This document shows, one piece after another, positions 20,620-30,618 of a stretch of DNA of 64,000 nt. Positions within the stretch are counted from its first letter, which is position 1; each line of letters starts with the position of its first letter. The notes under the pieces were generated by a model. That model saw nothing but the letters and a program-made list of their open reading frames with translations, had not been told where the DNA came from and did not search any database. The position numbers and the translations under genes were made by a program. The DNA is from an uncultured delta proteobacterium. GTDB taxonomy: Bacteria; Desulfobacterota; Binatia; DP-6. The stretch spans positions 256,001 to 320,000 of the forward strand of contig CAWFFN010000012.1 in NCBI GenBank assembly GCA_963815115.1, read 5' to 3'.

Positions 20620-20768
20620 TGGATCGGCTGCGAGCCGGCGCCGACCGGGTGCTCCTGCGCATTCCCGGGGGCGCGCGGCAGGCGCACGCGACGATCGCCG
20701 GCGGTGGACACTTCCTCCGGGGCGAGGAGCTGGCGCGCGTGGTGGCCGGCGTCGTGGCGAGCAGCTAG
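20619..20768 (+). pseudogene. Remnant of an alpha/beta-hydrolase (haloalkane dehalogenase-like) C-terminus
   Basis: 49-aa ORF MDRLRAGADRVLLRIPGGARQAHATIAGGGHFLRGEELARVVAGVVASS resembles the 'IPGA.GQPH.TI..AGHFLQE..GEELA' end of HLD-like hydrolases. Confidence 0.6.
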
Positions 20769-20778
20769 GAGAACGACA

Positions 20779-21771
20779 ATGGCAGTCTACCGCATCTTCG
20801 GCTCGGAGCTCTCGCCCTACTCGGTGAAGGTGCGCTCCTACTTCCGCTACAAGCGCATCCCGCACGACTGGGTGGTGCGGAGCACGCTCAATCAGGCGGA
20901 GTTCGAGCGGCACGCGAAGCTGCCGCTGATCCCCCTCGTTCTCGGGCCGGACGGGAGCGCGCTCCAGGACTCGACGCCGATCATCGAGCGCATGGAGGCG
21001 GTTCACCCCGAGCCGTCGATCCATCCCTCCGATCCCGCGGCGGCCTTCATCTCGGCGCTCATCGAGGAGTACGCCGACGAGTGGGACAACAAGCCCATGT
21101 TCCACTACCGCTGGTTCTACGAGCCCGATCAGGAGTCCGGCGCCGAGCGCATCGCGCGCTCGATGAATCCGGAGGCCGACGCCGAGCTGCTCGCGGGGAT
21201 CCGCGCGGCGGTGAAGGCACGGATGGTGCCGCGGCTCGCGTTCGTCGGCTCGACCGCCGCGACCGCGGAGCAGATCGAGGCCTCCTTCCATCGCCAGCTC
21301 GCGATCCTCGAGCGTCATCTCGACCGCCGGCCGTATCTCTTCGGAGGACGTCCGGCCTTCGGCGACTTCGGCCTCTTCGCGCAGCTCTACGAGTGCTCGA
21401 CCGACCCGACTCCCGGGGCGGTCATTCGCGACCGCGCGCCGCGGACGCTGGCATGGATCGAGCGCATGCTCGACCCGCGCGCGGAGGGCGAGTGGGAGCG
21501 CTGGGACGCGCTCGAGCCGACGCTGCTTCCCCTCCTGCGTGACGAGGTCGCGGGGATGTTCCTGCCGTGGAGCGCCGCGAATGCGCGCGCGCTGGCCGCC
21601 GGAGAGAAGGAGTTCAGCGTCACGCTCGGCGGCAAGCCGTTCACGCAGGAGACGCAGCGCTACCACGCCAAGTCGCTGGGCGCGCTGCGCGCGCGCTACG
21701 CCGCCGTCGCCGACCACACGACGCTCGATCCGATCCTCGAGCGCGCGGGTTGCCGCGCCTGGCTGGTCTAG
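20779..21771 (+). CDS. Long glutathione S-transferase family protein
   Basis: 'SPYSVKVRSYFRYK', 'IPLV', 'QDSTPII', 'YLFGGRPAFGDF'; SD AGGAG. Confidence 0.88.
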   Translation: MAVYRIFGSELSPYSVKVRSYFRYKRIPHDWVVRSTLNQAEFERHAKLPLIPLVLGPDGSALQDSTPIIERMEAVHPEPSIHPSDPAAAFISALIEEYADEWDNKPMFHYRWFYEPDQESGAERIARSMNPEADAELLAGIRAAVKARMVPRLAFVGSTAATAEQIEASFHRQLAILERHLDRRPYLFGGRPAFGDFGLFAQLYECSTDPTPGAVIRDRAPRTLAWIERMLDPRAEGEWERWDALEPTLLPLLRDEVAGMFLPWSAANARALAAGEKEFSVTLGGKPFTQETQRYHAKSLGALRARYAAVADHTTLDPILERAGCRAWLV

Positions 21772-21804
21772 GGCAGCTCTTGGGCTGACGATCGGCGCCG
21801 GCGC

Positions 21805-22419
21805 TCAGTGCGCGGGAGCGGCGCCCCAGACCTCCTCGAGGCGCGCGTCGCGCCCGCAGGTGTAGCGGTAGAAGCGATATCGGACCGGATTCTTCTTGTA
21901 GTAGTCCTGGTGGTAGCCTTCGGCGGGCCAGAATTGCCCGGCCGCGACGATCTCGGTGGCGATCGGTCCGGGCACCTTGAGCGAGCTCGCGATCGCCTGC
22001 TTCGACTCCTCGGCGAGCCGCTTCTGCGTGTCGTCGTGGTAGAAGATCGCGGTGCGATACTGGTGACCGTGGTCGCAGAACTGACCGTCGGGGTTGGTGG
22101 GGTCGACGTTGTGCCAGAAGACGCCGAGCAGCTTCTGATAGGAGACCCTGGCGGGGTCGTACACCACCTCGATCGACTCGGCATGGCCGGTGCCGCCCGC
22201 CGAGACCTCCTCGTAGGTCGGGTTCTGCTTGGTGCCGCCGGTGTACCCGGCCGTGACGGAGATCACACCGTCGAGCGCCTCGAACGGCGGCTCCATGCAC
22301 CAGAAGCAGCCGCCGGCAAAGGTGGCCTTCGCGGGCTGCGCGGCGGCTCCGCCCGCCTCCGCGGCCGCCACGGGCGTCGCGGCCGCGAGGACGAGGAGCA
22401 GCGATCGAATGACCCACAT
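21805..22419 (-). CDS. msrA: Peptide methionine sulfoxide reductase A (secreted form)
   Basis: 'FAGGCFWC', 'GYTGG', 'PTYEEV', 'GHAE', 'AEGYHQDYY'; signal peptide. Confidence 0.95.
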   Translation of the reverse strand: MWVIRSLLLVLAAATPVAAAEAGGAAAQPAKATFAGGCFWCMEPPFEALDGVISVTAGYTGGTKQNPTYEEVSAGGTGHAESIEVVYDPARVSYQKLLGVFWHNVDPTNPDGQFCDHGHQYRTAIFYHDDTQKRLAEESKQAIASSLKVPGPIATEIVAAGQFWPAEGYHQDYYKKNPVRYRFYRYTCGRDARLEEVWGAAPAH

Positions 22420-22509
22420 CGGTACACTCTGATGCTCGGGAACGGCCCGCGATACAACGCGCTGCCGCGGCTGCTTGACGCCGCCGCGGCGTCTGGGGCA
22501 CGGAGCATC

Positions 22510-23571
22510 ATGCCCTATCGCGTGATCCAGTGGAGCACCGGAAACGTCGGCAAGCTCGCCCTGCGCGGCATCATCAACCATCCGGATCTCGAGCTGGTCG
22601 GCCTCTGGGTCCATGGCCGCGACAAGGCGGGACGTGATGCGGGCGAGCTGTGCGGGCTCGGCCGGCGCGTCGGCGTGACGGCGACGAACGACGGCGACGC
22701 GCTCCTCGCGCTCGACGCCGACTGCGTCTCGTACACCGCCACCGGCGATTTGAGGCCCGCCGAGGCGACGGAGGACCTGTGCCGCATCCTCGAGTCGGGG
22801 AAGAACGTCGTGTCGACGTCGCTGGTGCCGCTGGTCTATCCGCCCGCGGCCAACCCGGACGTCGTCGAGCGCCTCGAGGCCGCGTGCCGCAAGGGCGGCA
22901 CGTCGTGCTTCACCTCGGGCATCGATCCGGGCTTCGCCAACGACGCACTCCCCATCCTCCTCCTGAGCGCCTGCGAGCGCGTCGACTCCGTCCGCGTGAT
23001 GGAGATCCTCGACTACGCCACCTACGACCAGCCGACCGTGCTCTTCGACACCATGGGCTTCGCGAATCCCCTCGATCACACGCCGCTGCTGCTCGTGCCG
23101 GGCGTGCTGACGCTCGCCTGGGGGCCCGTGCTGCACGCCATCGCCGCGGCGCTCGGCGTCGAGATCGAGGACATCCGCGAGACCTACGAGAAATGCCCCG
23201 CCGACTCGGCGTTCACCGTCCCCTCCGGACCGGTGCCGGCGGGCACGATGGCGGGCCTGCGCTTCGAGGTGCAGGGCATGGTGCGCGGCCGGGCCGCGAT
23301 CATCCTCGAGCACGTGACCCGGCTGCGTCCGGACGTCGCGCCCCAGTGGCCGCAGCCGGCCGGCGCCGGCTGCTACCGCGTCGTCATCGAGGGCATGCCG
23401 TCGATGATCTGCGACCTGCAGCTCCGCGGCGCCGGCGGCGACCACAACAACGGCGGTCTCGTCGCCACGGCGATGCGCATCCTGAACGCCGTCCCGGCGG
23501 TGTGCGCGGCCAAGCCCGGGCTGCTGTCGGTGCAGGACCTGCCGCTCTACAGCGCGCGCGGCCTGGGGTAG
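22510..23571 (+). CDS. DapB-like / NAD(P)H-dependent amine dehydrogenase family protein
   Basis: 'VIQWSTGNVG', 'KAGRDAGEL', 'GKNVVST', 'SGIDPGF', 'NAVPAVCAAKPG'. Confidence 0.82.
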   Translation: MPYRVIQWSTGNVGKLALRGIINHPDLELVGLWVHGRDKAGRDAGELCGLGRRVGVTATNDGDALLALDADCVSYTATGDLRPAEATEDLCRILESGKNVVSTSLVPLVYPPAANPDVVERLEAACRKGGTSCFTSGIDPGFANDALPILLLSACERVDSVRVMEILDYATYDQPTVLFDTMGFANPLDHTPLLLVPGVLTLAWGPVLHAIAAALGVEIEDIRETYEKCPADSAFTVPSGPVPAGTMAGLRFEVQGMVRGRAAIILEHVTRLRPDVAPQWPQPAGAGCYRVVIEGMPSMICDLQLRGAGGDHNNGGLVATAMRILNAVPAVCAAKPGLLSVQDLPLYSARGLG

Positions 23572-23597
23572 CGACCCGAGACGGAGTCTCGGGTCGC
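23571..23597. repeat. REP-like palindrome, copy 2
   Basis: GCGACCCGAGAC-GGA-GTCTCGGGTCGC (12-bp stem) abutting GTAG (23568-23571), between convergent genes. Confidence 0.7.
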
Positions 23598-23621
23598 GCC
23601 TCCTGAAGCGGGTGACCCGGC

Positions 23622-25694
23622 TCACGCGGCCCGGGACAGGCCCGCCTGCCGCAGGAGCGCCGCCGTGCTCGGCTCGCGGCCGCGGAAGGCCTTGAACACC
23701 TCCATCGGGTGCCGGCTGCCACCGAGGGCGAGCACCGTGTCCCGGAAGCGCCTCCCGGTCGCGGCCACGGCCCGGGGATCCTCGAGCCCGGCTTCCTCGA
23801 AGGCCGAGAAGGCGTCGGCGGAGAGCACCTCGGCCCACTTGTAGCTGTAGTACCCCGCCGCGTAGCCGCCCGCGAAGATGTGGCTGAAGCTGCACAGGAA
23901 GCGATCCTCGGGCAGCGGCGGCATCACCGTGGTGCGCTCGGCCACGCGCCGCTGCACGTCGAACGGCGACTCCGCGGCGTCCGGCCGCCAGCGGTGGTGG
24001 AGCTCGAGATCGGTGAAGGCGAAGTAGAGCTGGCGCAGCATGTCCGAGCCCGCGCGGAAGGTGCGTGCGGCGCGCAGCTTCTCGAACAGCTCGTCGGGCA
24101 GCGGCGCGCCGGTGTCTACGTGGCCGCTCAGCCCGAGCAGCGTCTCGCGATGGTAGCACCAGTTCTCCATGAACTGGCTCGGTAGCTCGACGGCGTCCCA
24201 CTCGATGTTGCGGATGCCGGCGGCGAGCGGCCGCTCGACCGTCGTGAGCATGTGCTGGAGGCCGTGACCGAACTCGTGAAACAGCGTGTGGACCTCGTCG
24301 AACGTCATGCACGAGGGACGATCGCCGACGGGCGGAACCTGGTTGCAGATCAGGTAGGCGATCGGCAGGCGGCCCGGCGCGCGTCCGACGCACTCGTCCA
24401 TCCAGGCTCCCCCGCGCTTCTCGGCGGGCCGGCTGTAGGGATCGAGATAGAACGAGGCGCGGGGAACGCCCGTCGGGTCCTCGATGCGGAAGTAGCGTAC
24501 GTCGGGATGCCACACGGGCGCCTCGCCGTCGGCGGCGCGAACGCGCACGCCGAACAGGCGCTCGGCGAGCGCGAAGAGGCCGTCCAGCACGCGGGACAGC
24601 GGGAAGTACGGCCGCAGCGCCTCGTCGCTGTAGGCGTAGCGGCGTTCGCGCAGGCGTTCCGCCCAGAACGCGACGTCCCAGTTCGTGAGCCCCTCCGCCT
24701 CCGCGGCGCCCTCCTCGCGGGCGAGGGCGCGCAGCTCGTCGAGATCGCGAGCCGCCGCGTCGAAGCTCGCCCGGCGAAGCTCCTCCAGCAGGCGCTCGAC
24801 CGCCGCGACGCCGGGCGCCATCTTGCTGGCGAGGCTCAGCGCCGCGTAGCTCTCGAAGCCGAGAAGCGCGGCCTGCTCGCGGCGCAGGCCGAGGATGCGC
24901 TCGACGAGCGACGTGTTGTCGAGGTCGCCGCTGCTCGCGCGCGTGACGTGGGCGCGGTAGAGCTGCTCGCGCAGGTCGCGACGCCGCGAATGCTGCAGGA
25001 ACGGCACGGAGCTCGGCGTGTCGAGGGTGATCCGCCACGGCCCCGCCTCCGCGCTCGCGCCCTCCGCGCCGGCCTGGCGCGCGGCCTGCGCCGCCAGCTC
25101 GATGAGGCTTCCGGGCAGGCCGTCGATCTCCTCGCGAGTACGCAGCGTCAGCGCGAAGGCCTTGGTGGCGTCGAGGACGTGGTTGCTGAAGCGCGTCGAG
25201 AGCTCCGCCAGCTCGGTCTGGATCGCGTTGAAGCGCGCCTGCGCCTCGCCTTCGAGGCCGACGCCGCTGAGCTCGGCGTCGCGCACCAGGGACTCGACGA
25301 TGCGTTGCTGGGCAGCGTCGAGCGAGGCCCACGTCTCGCCCGCCCGGATCGCCTTCAGCGCGCGGTAGATCGGCTTGCTCTGGCCCATCCGGATGAAGAA
25401 GGCCACGACCTCCGGCTGCACCGCCTCGTGTGCGCGGCGCAGGGCATCGCTGTTCCTGACCCCCATCAGATGGCCGACGGTGCCCCACGCGAGCGACAGC
25501 GCATCGGTGATGCGGGTGAGCGGCTCGACGACCGCGTCCCACGAGGGCGCGGCGTCCGCCTCGAGTCGGTCGAGCTCGCCGCCGAGCTCGGCGAGCAGCG
25601 CACGTATGCCGGGCACGACGACCTCGGCGGTGACCCGCGCGAAGGGCGGAGGGGCCGTGCGCTCGAGGAGCGGGTTGCCGGGAGCGTCGTTCAC
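23622..25694 (-). CDS. prlC: Oligopeptidase A (M3 metallopeptidase)
   Basis: 'NPLL', 'KRGGAWM', 'FHEFGHGLQH', 'VELPSQFMENW', 'FSHIFAGGYAAGYYSYKWAEVL'. Confidence 0.93.
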   Translation of the reverse strand: MNDAPGNPLLERTAPPPFARVTAEVVVPGIRALLAELGGELDRLEADAAPSWDAVVEPLTRITDALSLAWGTVGHLMGVRNSDALRRAHEAVQPEVVAFFIRMGQSKPIYRALKAIRAGETWASLDAAQQRIVESLVRDAELSGVGLEGEAQARFNAIQTELAELSTRFSNHVLDATKAFALTLRTREEIDGLPGSLIELAAQAARQAGAEGASAEAGPWRITLDTPSSVPFLQHSRRRDLREQLYRAHVTRASSGDLDNTSLVERILGLRREQAALLGFESYAALSLASKMAPGVAAVERLLEELRRASFDAAARDLDELRALAREEGAAEAEGLTNWDVAFWAERLRERRYAYSDEALRPYFPLSRVLDGLFALAERLFGVRVRAADGEAPVWHPDVRYFRIEDPTGVPRASFYLDPYSRPAEKRGGAWMDECVGRAPGRLPIAYLICNQVPPVGDRPSCMTFDEVHTLFHEFGHGLQHMLTTVERPLAAGIRNIEWDAVELPSQFMENWCYHRETLLGLSGHVDTGAPLPDELFEKLRAARTFRAGSDMLRQLYFAFTDLELHHRWRPDAAESPFDVQRRVAERTTVMPPLPEDRFLCSFSHIFAGGYAAGYYSYKWAEVLSADAFSAFEEAGLEDPRAVAATGRRFRDTVLALGGSRHPMEVFKAFRGREPSTAALLRQAGLSRAA

Positions 25695-25741
25695 CGCCGG
25701 GACGCTAGCATCGCCGAGCGGTTGGCGGTAGCGACGGCGTC

Positions 25742-27313
25742 GTGCTCGTCGACCCCCACGTCCAGCCGCCGTCCGACCGACACGCCGCTCCGTGGTGGCG
25801 CGCGGCCGTCGTCTACCAGCTCTACCCGCGCTCCTTCCTCGACACGAGCGGGGACGGCGTCGGCGACCTCGAGGGCATCCGTCGCCGTCTGGATCATCTC
25901 GTCTGGCTCGGGGTCGACGCGATCTGGCTGTCGCCGATCTTTCGCTCGCCGATGGCCGACTTCGGCTACGACGTCTCGGACTACTGCGACGTCGACCCGC
26001 TGTTCGGATCGCTCGACGATCTCGAGCGGCTGGTGGCCGAGGCGCACGCGCGCGGGCTGCGCGTCGTGCTCGACTGGGTGCCGAACCACACCTCGGACCG
26101 CCATCCGTGGTTCGTCGAGGCGCGGCGGGACCGCGCGAGTCCGAAGCGCAACTGGTACGTGTGGCGCGACCCGGCGCCCGACGGCGGACCGCCCAACAAC
26201 TGGACCGCCGCCTTTCCGCCCGGTACTCGCGCGTGGACCCTCGATCGCGCCACGGGACAGTACTACCTGCACTGCTTTCTCCCGGAGCAGCCCGACCTCG
26301 ACTGGTCGAACCCCGAGGTGGCCGGCGCGATGCACGGCGTGCTGCGCTTCTGGCTCGACCGCGGCATCGACGGCTTCCGCGTCGACGTGGTGCACTGTCT
26401 CGGCAAGGATGCGGCGTTGCCCGACGATCCGCCCGACCTCGTCGGGGTGCCGCACTGCGCGCTGAACGACCATCCCGCGACCCACGCCGTGCTGCGCGGC
26501 CTCCGGCGGCTGGTCGACGGCTATCCCGGCGACCGTATGCTGGTCGGCGAGGTCTACCTCCTCTTCCAGCCCGACATCACCCGCTACTACGGCCGCGGCG
26601 ACGAGCTCCACCTCGCCTTCGACCTGCCCCGCACGCTGCACACGCCCTGGGACGCGGCCGCCTGGCGCGTGCGCACCGAGGCGGTGCAGACCGCATACGC
26701 GGCGGCCGGCGCGTGGCCGACGCTGGTGCTGTCGAACCACGACACGCCCCGGCAGCGGACGCGGCTCGGCTCCGAGGCGCGCGCGCGGGCGGCGGCGGTG
26801 CTGCTGCTCACGCTGCCGGGCACCCCGTTCCTCTATGCCGGCGAGGAGCTCGGCCTGGAGGATGCGATCGTGCCGCGCGACCGCCGCGTCGATCCCGGCG
26901 GGCGCGACGGCTGCCGCGCGCCCATCCCGTGGGACGCGTCCGCGCGGCACGGCTGGGCCGGCGAGCCGTGGCTGCCGTGGCCGCCGGAGCCGGAGCGCTG
27001 CGCACTGTCCGTGCTGCGCGACGACCCGACGTCGATCCTGCACCTCTACCGGCGGTTGCTCGCGGCGCGGCGAGCGTCGCCGGCGTTGCAGCTCGGCGAC
27101 TGGACGGTCCGCGAAGCGCCCGACGGAGTGCTCGCCTACGAGCGCGTCACGGGCGCGGACCGGCGGCTCGTGCTGGTGAATTTCACGAGCGAGCCGGTCG
27201 TGGTGCCGGCGGCCGGGCGCGTCGCGGTGGCGAGCGACGGCGGTGGCGAGGGAGCCGGGTTCGGGGGAGAGCTCGCTGCCGACGCGGCGGTGGTCCTGGT
27301 CCCGGGGCGCTGA
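25742..27313 (+). CDS. GH13 alpha-glucosidase / oligo-1,6-glucosidase
   Basis: 'YQLYPRSF', 'DFGYDVSDY', 'DWVPNHTS', 'GFRVDV', 'VGE', 'SNHD'. Confidence 0.92.
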   Translation: MLVDPHVQPPSDRHAAPWWRAAVVYQLYPRSFLDTSGDGVGDLEGIRRRLDHLVWLGVDAIWLSPIFRSPMADFGYDVSDYCDVDPLFGSLDDLERLVAEAHARGLRVVLDWVPNHTSDRHPWFVEARRDRASPKRNWYVWRDPAPDGGPPNNWTAAFPPGTRAWTLDRATGQYYLHCFLPEQPDLDWSNPEVAGAMHGVLRFWLDRGIDGFRVDVVHCLGKDAALPDDPPDLVGVPHCALNDHPATHAVLRGLRRLVDGYPGDRMLVGEVYLLFQPDITRYYGRGDELHLAFDLPRTLHTPWDAAAWRVRTEAVQTAYAAAGAWPTLVLSNHDTPRQRTRLGSEARARAAAVLLLTLPGTPFLYAGEELGLEDAIVPRDRRVDPGGRDGCRAPIPWDASARHGWAGEPWLPWPPEPERCALSVLRDDPTSILHLYRRLLAARRASPALQLGDWTVREAPDGVLAYERVTGADRRLVLVNFTSEPVVVPAAGRVAVASDGGGEGAGFGGELAADAAVVLVPGR

Positions 27314-27328
27314 TGGCGTTGCCCCGTC

Positions 27329-29248
27329 TCAGAACTGGTACGTGAGGCGCAGCCCCGTCTCGCTCCGGCCCGAGTTGAAGCCCCCGAGACCCCAGGTCGC
27401 GAAGATCGGCGTACTGTGTCCGCGCGGGGTGATGAAGTAGCGCTGCGCGAGGTTGACCACGAAGTCGTCGCGCACGACGTAGTCCACCGACCAGAAGGCT
27501 TCCATGTTCCACTGGTTCACGGGATCGACGGCCATGCCGAGCACCGGGACGATGCTGCCGCCGCGGTAGAACGAGAAGGCCGCCAGCGTGAAGAGCGACT
27601 CCCAGCCGCGGATCTTGTCGCGGAAGGAGACGCGCGATCCGCGCACGCTCGACGGCAGATCGAGGCCGCCGACGAGGCACTCGCCGGCCTCGACGCGGGC
27701 CACCGGCGGAAGATTGGCGTTGTCCTGGCCGCGGCAGTGCTTGGTGTCGAGCAGGTTGTGCCAGAAGAACTGCCCGGTGAGGAACCACGTGCTCTTCTTG
27801 TTGAGCCACTTGATCCACGTCGGCCGGTCGAAGGCGAGCATGCCCTTCCACATGTTCTTCTTGGTGATGCCGGGCAGCGCCGGCGTGTCGATGACGCCGA
27901 CCTTCGAGGTGTCGAAGAACGGGATGCCGTTGTCGAAGATGGTCTCGAAGCGGAACACGGTCTGGGTGTAGGTCTCGTCCGAGTAGTTGGCCGAGAGGCC
28001 CACGGTGTGGATGTACGGCATGTAGGCCTCGGCCGGGAACGTGCCGTTCTGGAAGAGCCGGGTCGAGTGCGCGACGATCCTGGCGTCCTTCCTCGGGTGC
28101 AGCGGGTCGCGCAGCAGCACGCGCACCGGCGCCGAGTTCGTGCCGTCGCTGGCGACGTCCCAGCGCTGGTAGAAGTAGTTCAGGGTGAACTCGAGCCCGA
28201 ACGGCGCGATGCCGTGGTAGCGCACGCCGACCTGGCTGTTGTCGAAGGCGTTGCGGCTGTAGTTGCCCTGCTGGAAGAGCTGCGTGCCGTGGAGCAGCCG
28301 CACGCACATGGGCTGGCCGGCGCGCGCGCCGGACGTGGCCTTGAACGGGGACAGCCCGGCGCACGGGCCGTCGAAGAAGCCGCCGTCCACCGGATTGGTC
28401 AGCGGATTGTAGAACGGCAGGCCCCACGGGCGCGGCAGGAAGGTCAGCTTGGCGGGCCCCCAGTCGCCGGGGTTCCAGTACCACTCGAGGAAGCTCTGCG
28501 AGAACTTCCAGACGTTGCCGAGATCGTAGAGGAACTTGATCATCCAGAAGGGGCGGCGCAGCTCGTCCCACCCGAAGGCGGGAGGCGGGATCTCCTGCGC
28601 GAAATGCCAGGTGAGGTTGAGGGAGTTGATGCGGTCGAGCATCCGGAAGTTGTCGCTCTCGCCCCACACGATCTGCTGGCGGCCCCCACGGATGCTGAGC
28701 GGGATGCCGCGGAACTTGATGTCGGCGTAGAGCTCGCGCAGCTCGTTCTCGAACCTGAGCGTGTCGAGCCCCTCGGTGCCGAGCGACTGCAGGTTCAGGT
28801 TCGGGATGGTGAGCTTCTTGTTGGGGTTGCCCGCCTTCCGCGGCGGGATGCCGACCTGGGTGGCGTACTGGAAGTAGTTCAGGCCCTTGTAGTTCCGGCC
28901 GTGGATGTCCTCCTTCTGGAGGAAGCCGGGCGTGGTGGAGTAGATGCTGTCGTAGACGCCGCGCCAGAGCAGCGTGGCGGACGACTTCTCGATGAACGGG
29001 ATGTCGTACTTGGTGATGAACTTGCCGCCCTCGATCCAGTCGTAGTCGAGGCGGATGTGCGTCGTGTTGCGGTTCTGGATGTACTCCCAGGTGGAGGCGT
29101 CGGGCGTCCGGAACAGGTTCTGAGACTGGGCATTGCCCGAGATCTGCAACGGCCCGAAGCGGAGCGTGGCGCCGGCGTGTCGCGGAGACACTGCCAGCCC
29201 GCTGGCGACGAACCCGGCGAGGACGATCAAGAGCCGGCGGCGCGTCAT
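27329..29248 (-). CDS. DUF1302-family outer-membrane protein (second, stand-alone paralogue)
   Basis: Signal peptide, 'ELRELYADI..GRQQIVWGESDNFRMLDRIN', C-terminal 'LRLTYQF'. Confidence 0.85.
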   Translation of the reverse strand: MTRRRLLIVLAGFVASGLAVSPRHAGATLRFGPLQISGNAQSQNLFRTPDASTWEYIQNRNTTHIRLDYDWIEGGKFITKYDIPFIEKSSATLLWRGVYDSIYSTTPGFLQKEDIHGRNYKGLNYFQYATQVGIPPRKAGNPNKKLTIPNLNLQSLGTEGLDTLRFENELRELYADIKFRGIPLSIRGGRQQIVWGESDNFRMLDRINSLNLTWHFAQEIPPPAFGWDELRRPFWMIKFLYDLGNVWKFSQSFLEWYWNPGDWGPAKLTFLPRPWGLPFYNPLTNPVDGGFFDGPCAGLSPFKATSGARAGQPMCVRLLHGTQLFQQGNYSRNAFDNSQVGVRYHGIAPFGLEFTLNYFYQRWDVASDGTNSAPVRVLLRDPLHPRKDARIVAHSTRLFQNGTFPAEAYMPYIHTVGLSANYSDETYTQTVFRFETIFDNGIPFFDTSKVGVIDTPALPGITKKNMWKGMLAFDRPTWIKWLNKKSTWFLTGQFFWHNLLDTKHCRGQDNANLPPVARVEAGECLVGGLDLPSSVRGSRVSFRDKIRGWESLFTLAAFSFYRGGSIVPVLGMAVDPVNQWNMEAFWSVDYVVRDDFVVNLAQRYFITPRGHSTPIFATWGLGGFNSGRSETGLRLTYQF

Positions 29249-29477
29249 GCCACCGAGTCAAGCGCTCGTGCGACGATCGAAGTCCGTCTTGGCCATCATA
29301 CGCATCACCCCCGTGATCCCCAGGATCGCTGGCCCGGAACAGGAAGCAGAAAAAGGCCCCGCTCGCTAGCGGAGGCCGCTCTCCGGCAACGCCGCCCGCT
29401 GCGCGCCGGGGACGTTCGCGGGCGCGGGGGTGCCCGGCTTCTTGCACGGACGCTGCGCGCTCGGCTATCGCCGGCAC

Positions 29478-30566
29478 ATGACCGACCGTCCGTACCGCTT
29501 CTACGCCAGCGAGATCTCCTACTTCTCCGGCAAGGTGCGGCCGGCGTTGCGCTCCAAGCGGGTCCCGTACGACGAGATCCTGCCGACGACCGCCGCGTAT
29601 CGCGACGTGCTCGTGCCGCGCACCGGGCTCGCGATGATCCCGCTGGTGGTCACGCCCGAGGACGAGACCTGGCAGGACTCGAGCGACATCCTGGACGCAC
29701 TCGAGGCGCGCTTTCCGGAGCCGCCGCTGATTCCCGCGACGCCGGTTCAGCGTCTCGTCTGCCATCTCGTGGAGCTCTACGCCGACGAGTTCCTGATCCT
29801 TCCCGGGCTGCACTACCGCTGGAGCTTTCCGGAGAGCGAGACCCGCGCGCGGCAGGATTTCGCGATCATGACCGGCGACCCGCGGCGCGCCAACCGGTTC
29901 GCCGATCAGGTGAAGACGTTCGCCCAGCTCATCGGCGTGCGGCCCGAGACCGGCCCCGGGATCGAGTCGCACACCCGGGAGCTGCTCGCGCTCCTCGAGG
30001 CACTCCTCGAGACCCAGCCGTATCTCCTCGGGGGACGCCCGTCGCTCGCCGATTGCGCGCTCATGGGGCCGCTCTACGCCCATCTCTACATGGATGCGGT
30101 GCCCGCCCGGCTGCTGCGGGAGACGGCGCCCCTCACCTGCCAGTGGATCGAGCGGATGAACCATCCCGATCCGGATGGGTTCTCGGCGTGGCTGCCGGGC
30201 GACGCCCTGGCGCCGGCGCTGCGCCGGATGCTCGAGCTGATCGGCCGCGATGCGGTCCCCCTCGTCCTCGACACGGCGCGGGCGTTCGACGCCTGGGCCG
30301 ACGGCGCGGCGCCGGGCGTGGAGGAGCTGCCGCGCGGCGTCGGCATGCACCGCACGGCGCTGCGCGGCATCGAATTCGAGCGCTTCACGCTGTCGTACAC
30401 CCTGTGGATGGTGCAGCGCGTGCAGGCGGCGCACATGGCCCTCGACGTCAGCGGGCGCACGGCGGTCCGCAGCGCGCTCACCGGGACGGGCTGCGCCGAC
30501 CTCCTCGCCTGGGCGCCGCGCCACCGCGTCGTGCGGCGGCCGTTCAAGCTCTTCCTCGAGCGCTGA
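29478..30566 (+). CDS. Long glutathione S-transferase family protein
   Basis: 'SYFSGKVRPAL', 'MIPLV', 'QDSSDI', 'ADEF..HYRW', 'YLLGGRPSLAD'. Confidence 0.86.
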   Translation: MTDRPYRFYASEISYFSGKVRPALRSKRVPYDEILPTTAAYRDVLVPRTGLAMIPLVVTPEDETWQDSSDILDALEARFPEPPLIPATPVQRLVCHLVELYADEFLILPGLHYRWSFPESETRARQDFAIMTGDPRRANRFADQVKTFAQLIGVRPETGPGIESHTRELLALLEALLETQPYLLGGRPSLADCALMGPLYAHLYMDAVPARLLRETAPLTCQWIERMNHPDPDGFSAWLPGDALAPALRRMLELIGRDAVPLVLDTARAFDAWADGAAPGVEELPRGVGMHRTALRGIEFERFTLSYTLWMVQRVQAAHMALDVSGRTAVRSALTGTGCADLLAWAPRHRVVRRPFKLFLER

Positions 30567-30579
30567 CCCTCCGGAAAGA

Positions 30580-30612
30580 TTCTTGCATTGACAGTGCAAG
30601 AAGGGCTATCGT
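30580..30612 (+). promoter_or_regulatory. Operator palindrome overlapping the sulfatase operon promoter
   Basis: TTCTTGCA-TTGACAG-TGCAAGAA (30580-30602); TTGCAT-N18-TATCGT, with ATG 6 nt after the -10. Confidence 0.65.
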
Positions 30613-30618
30613 CCGTCC

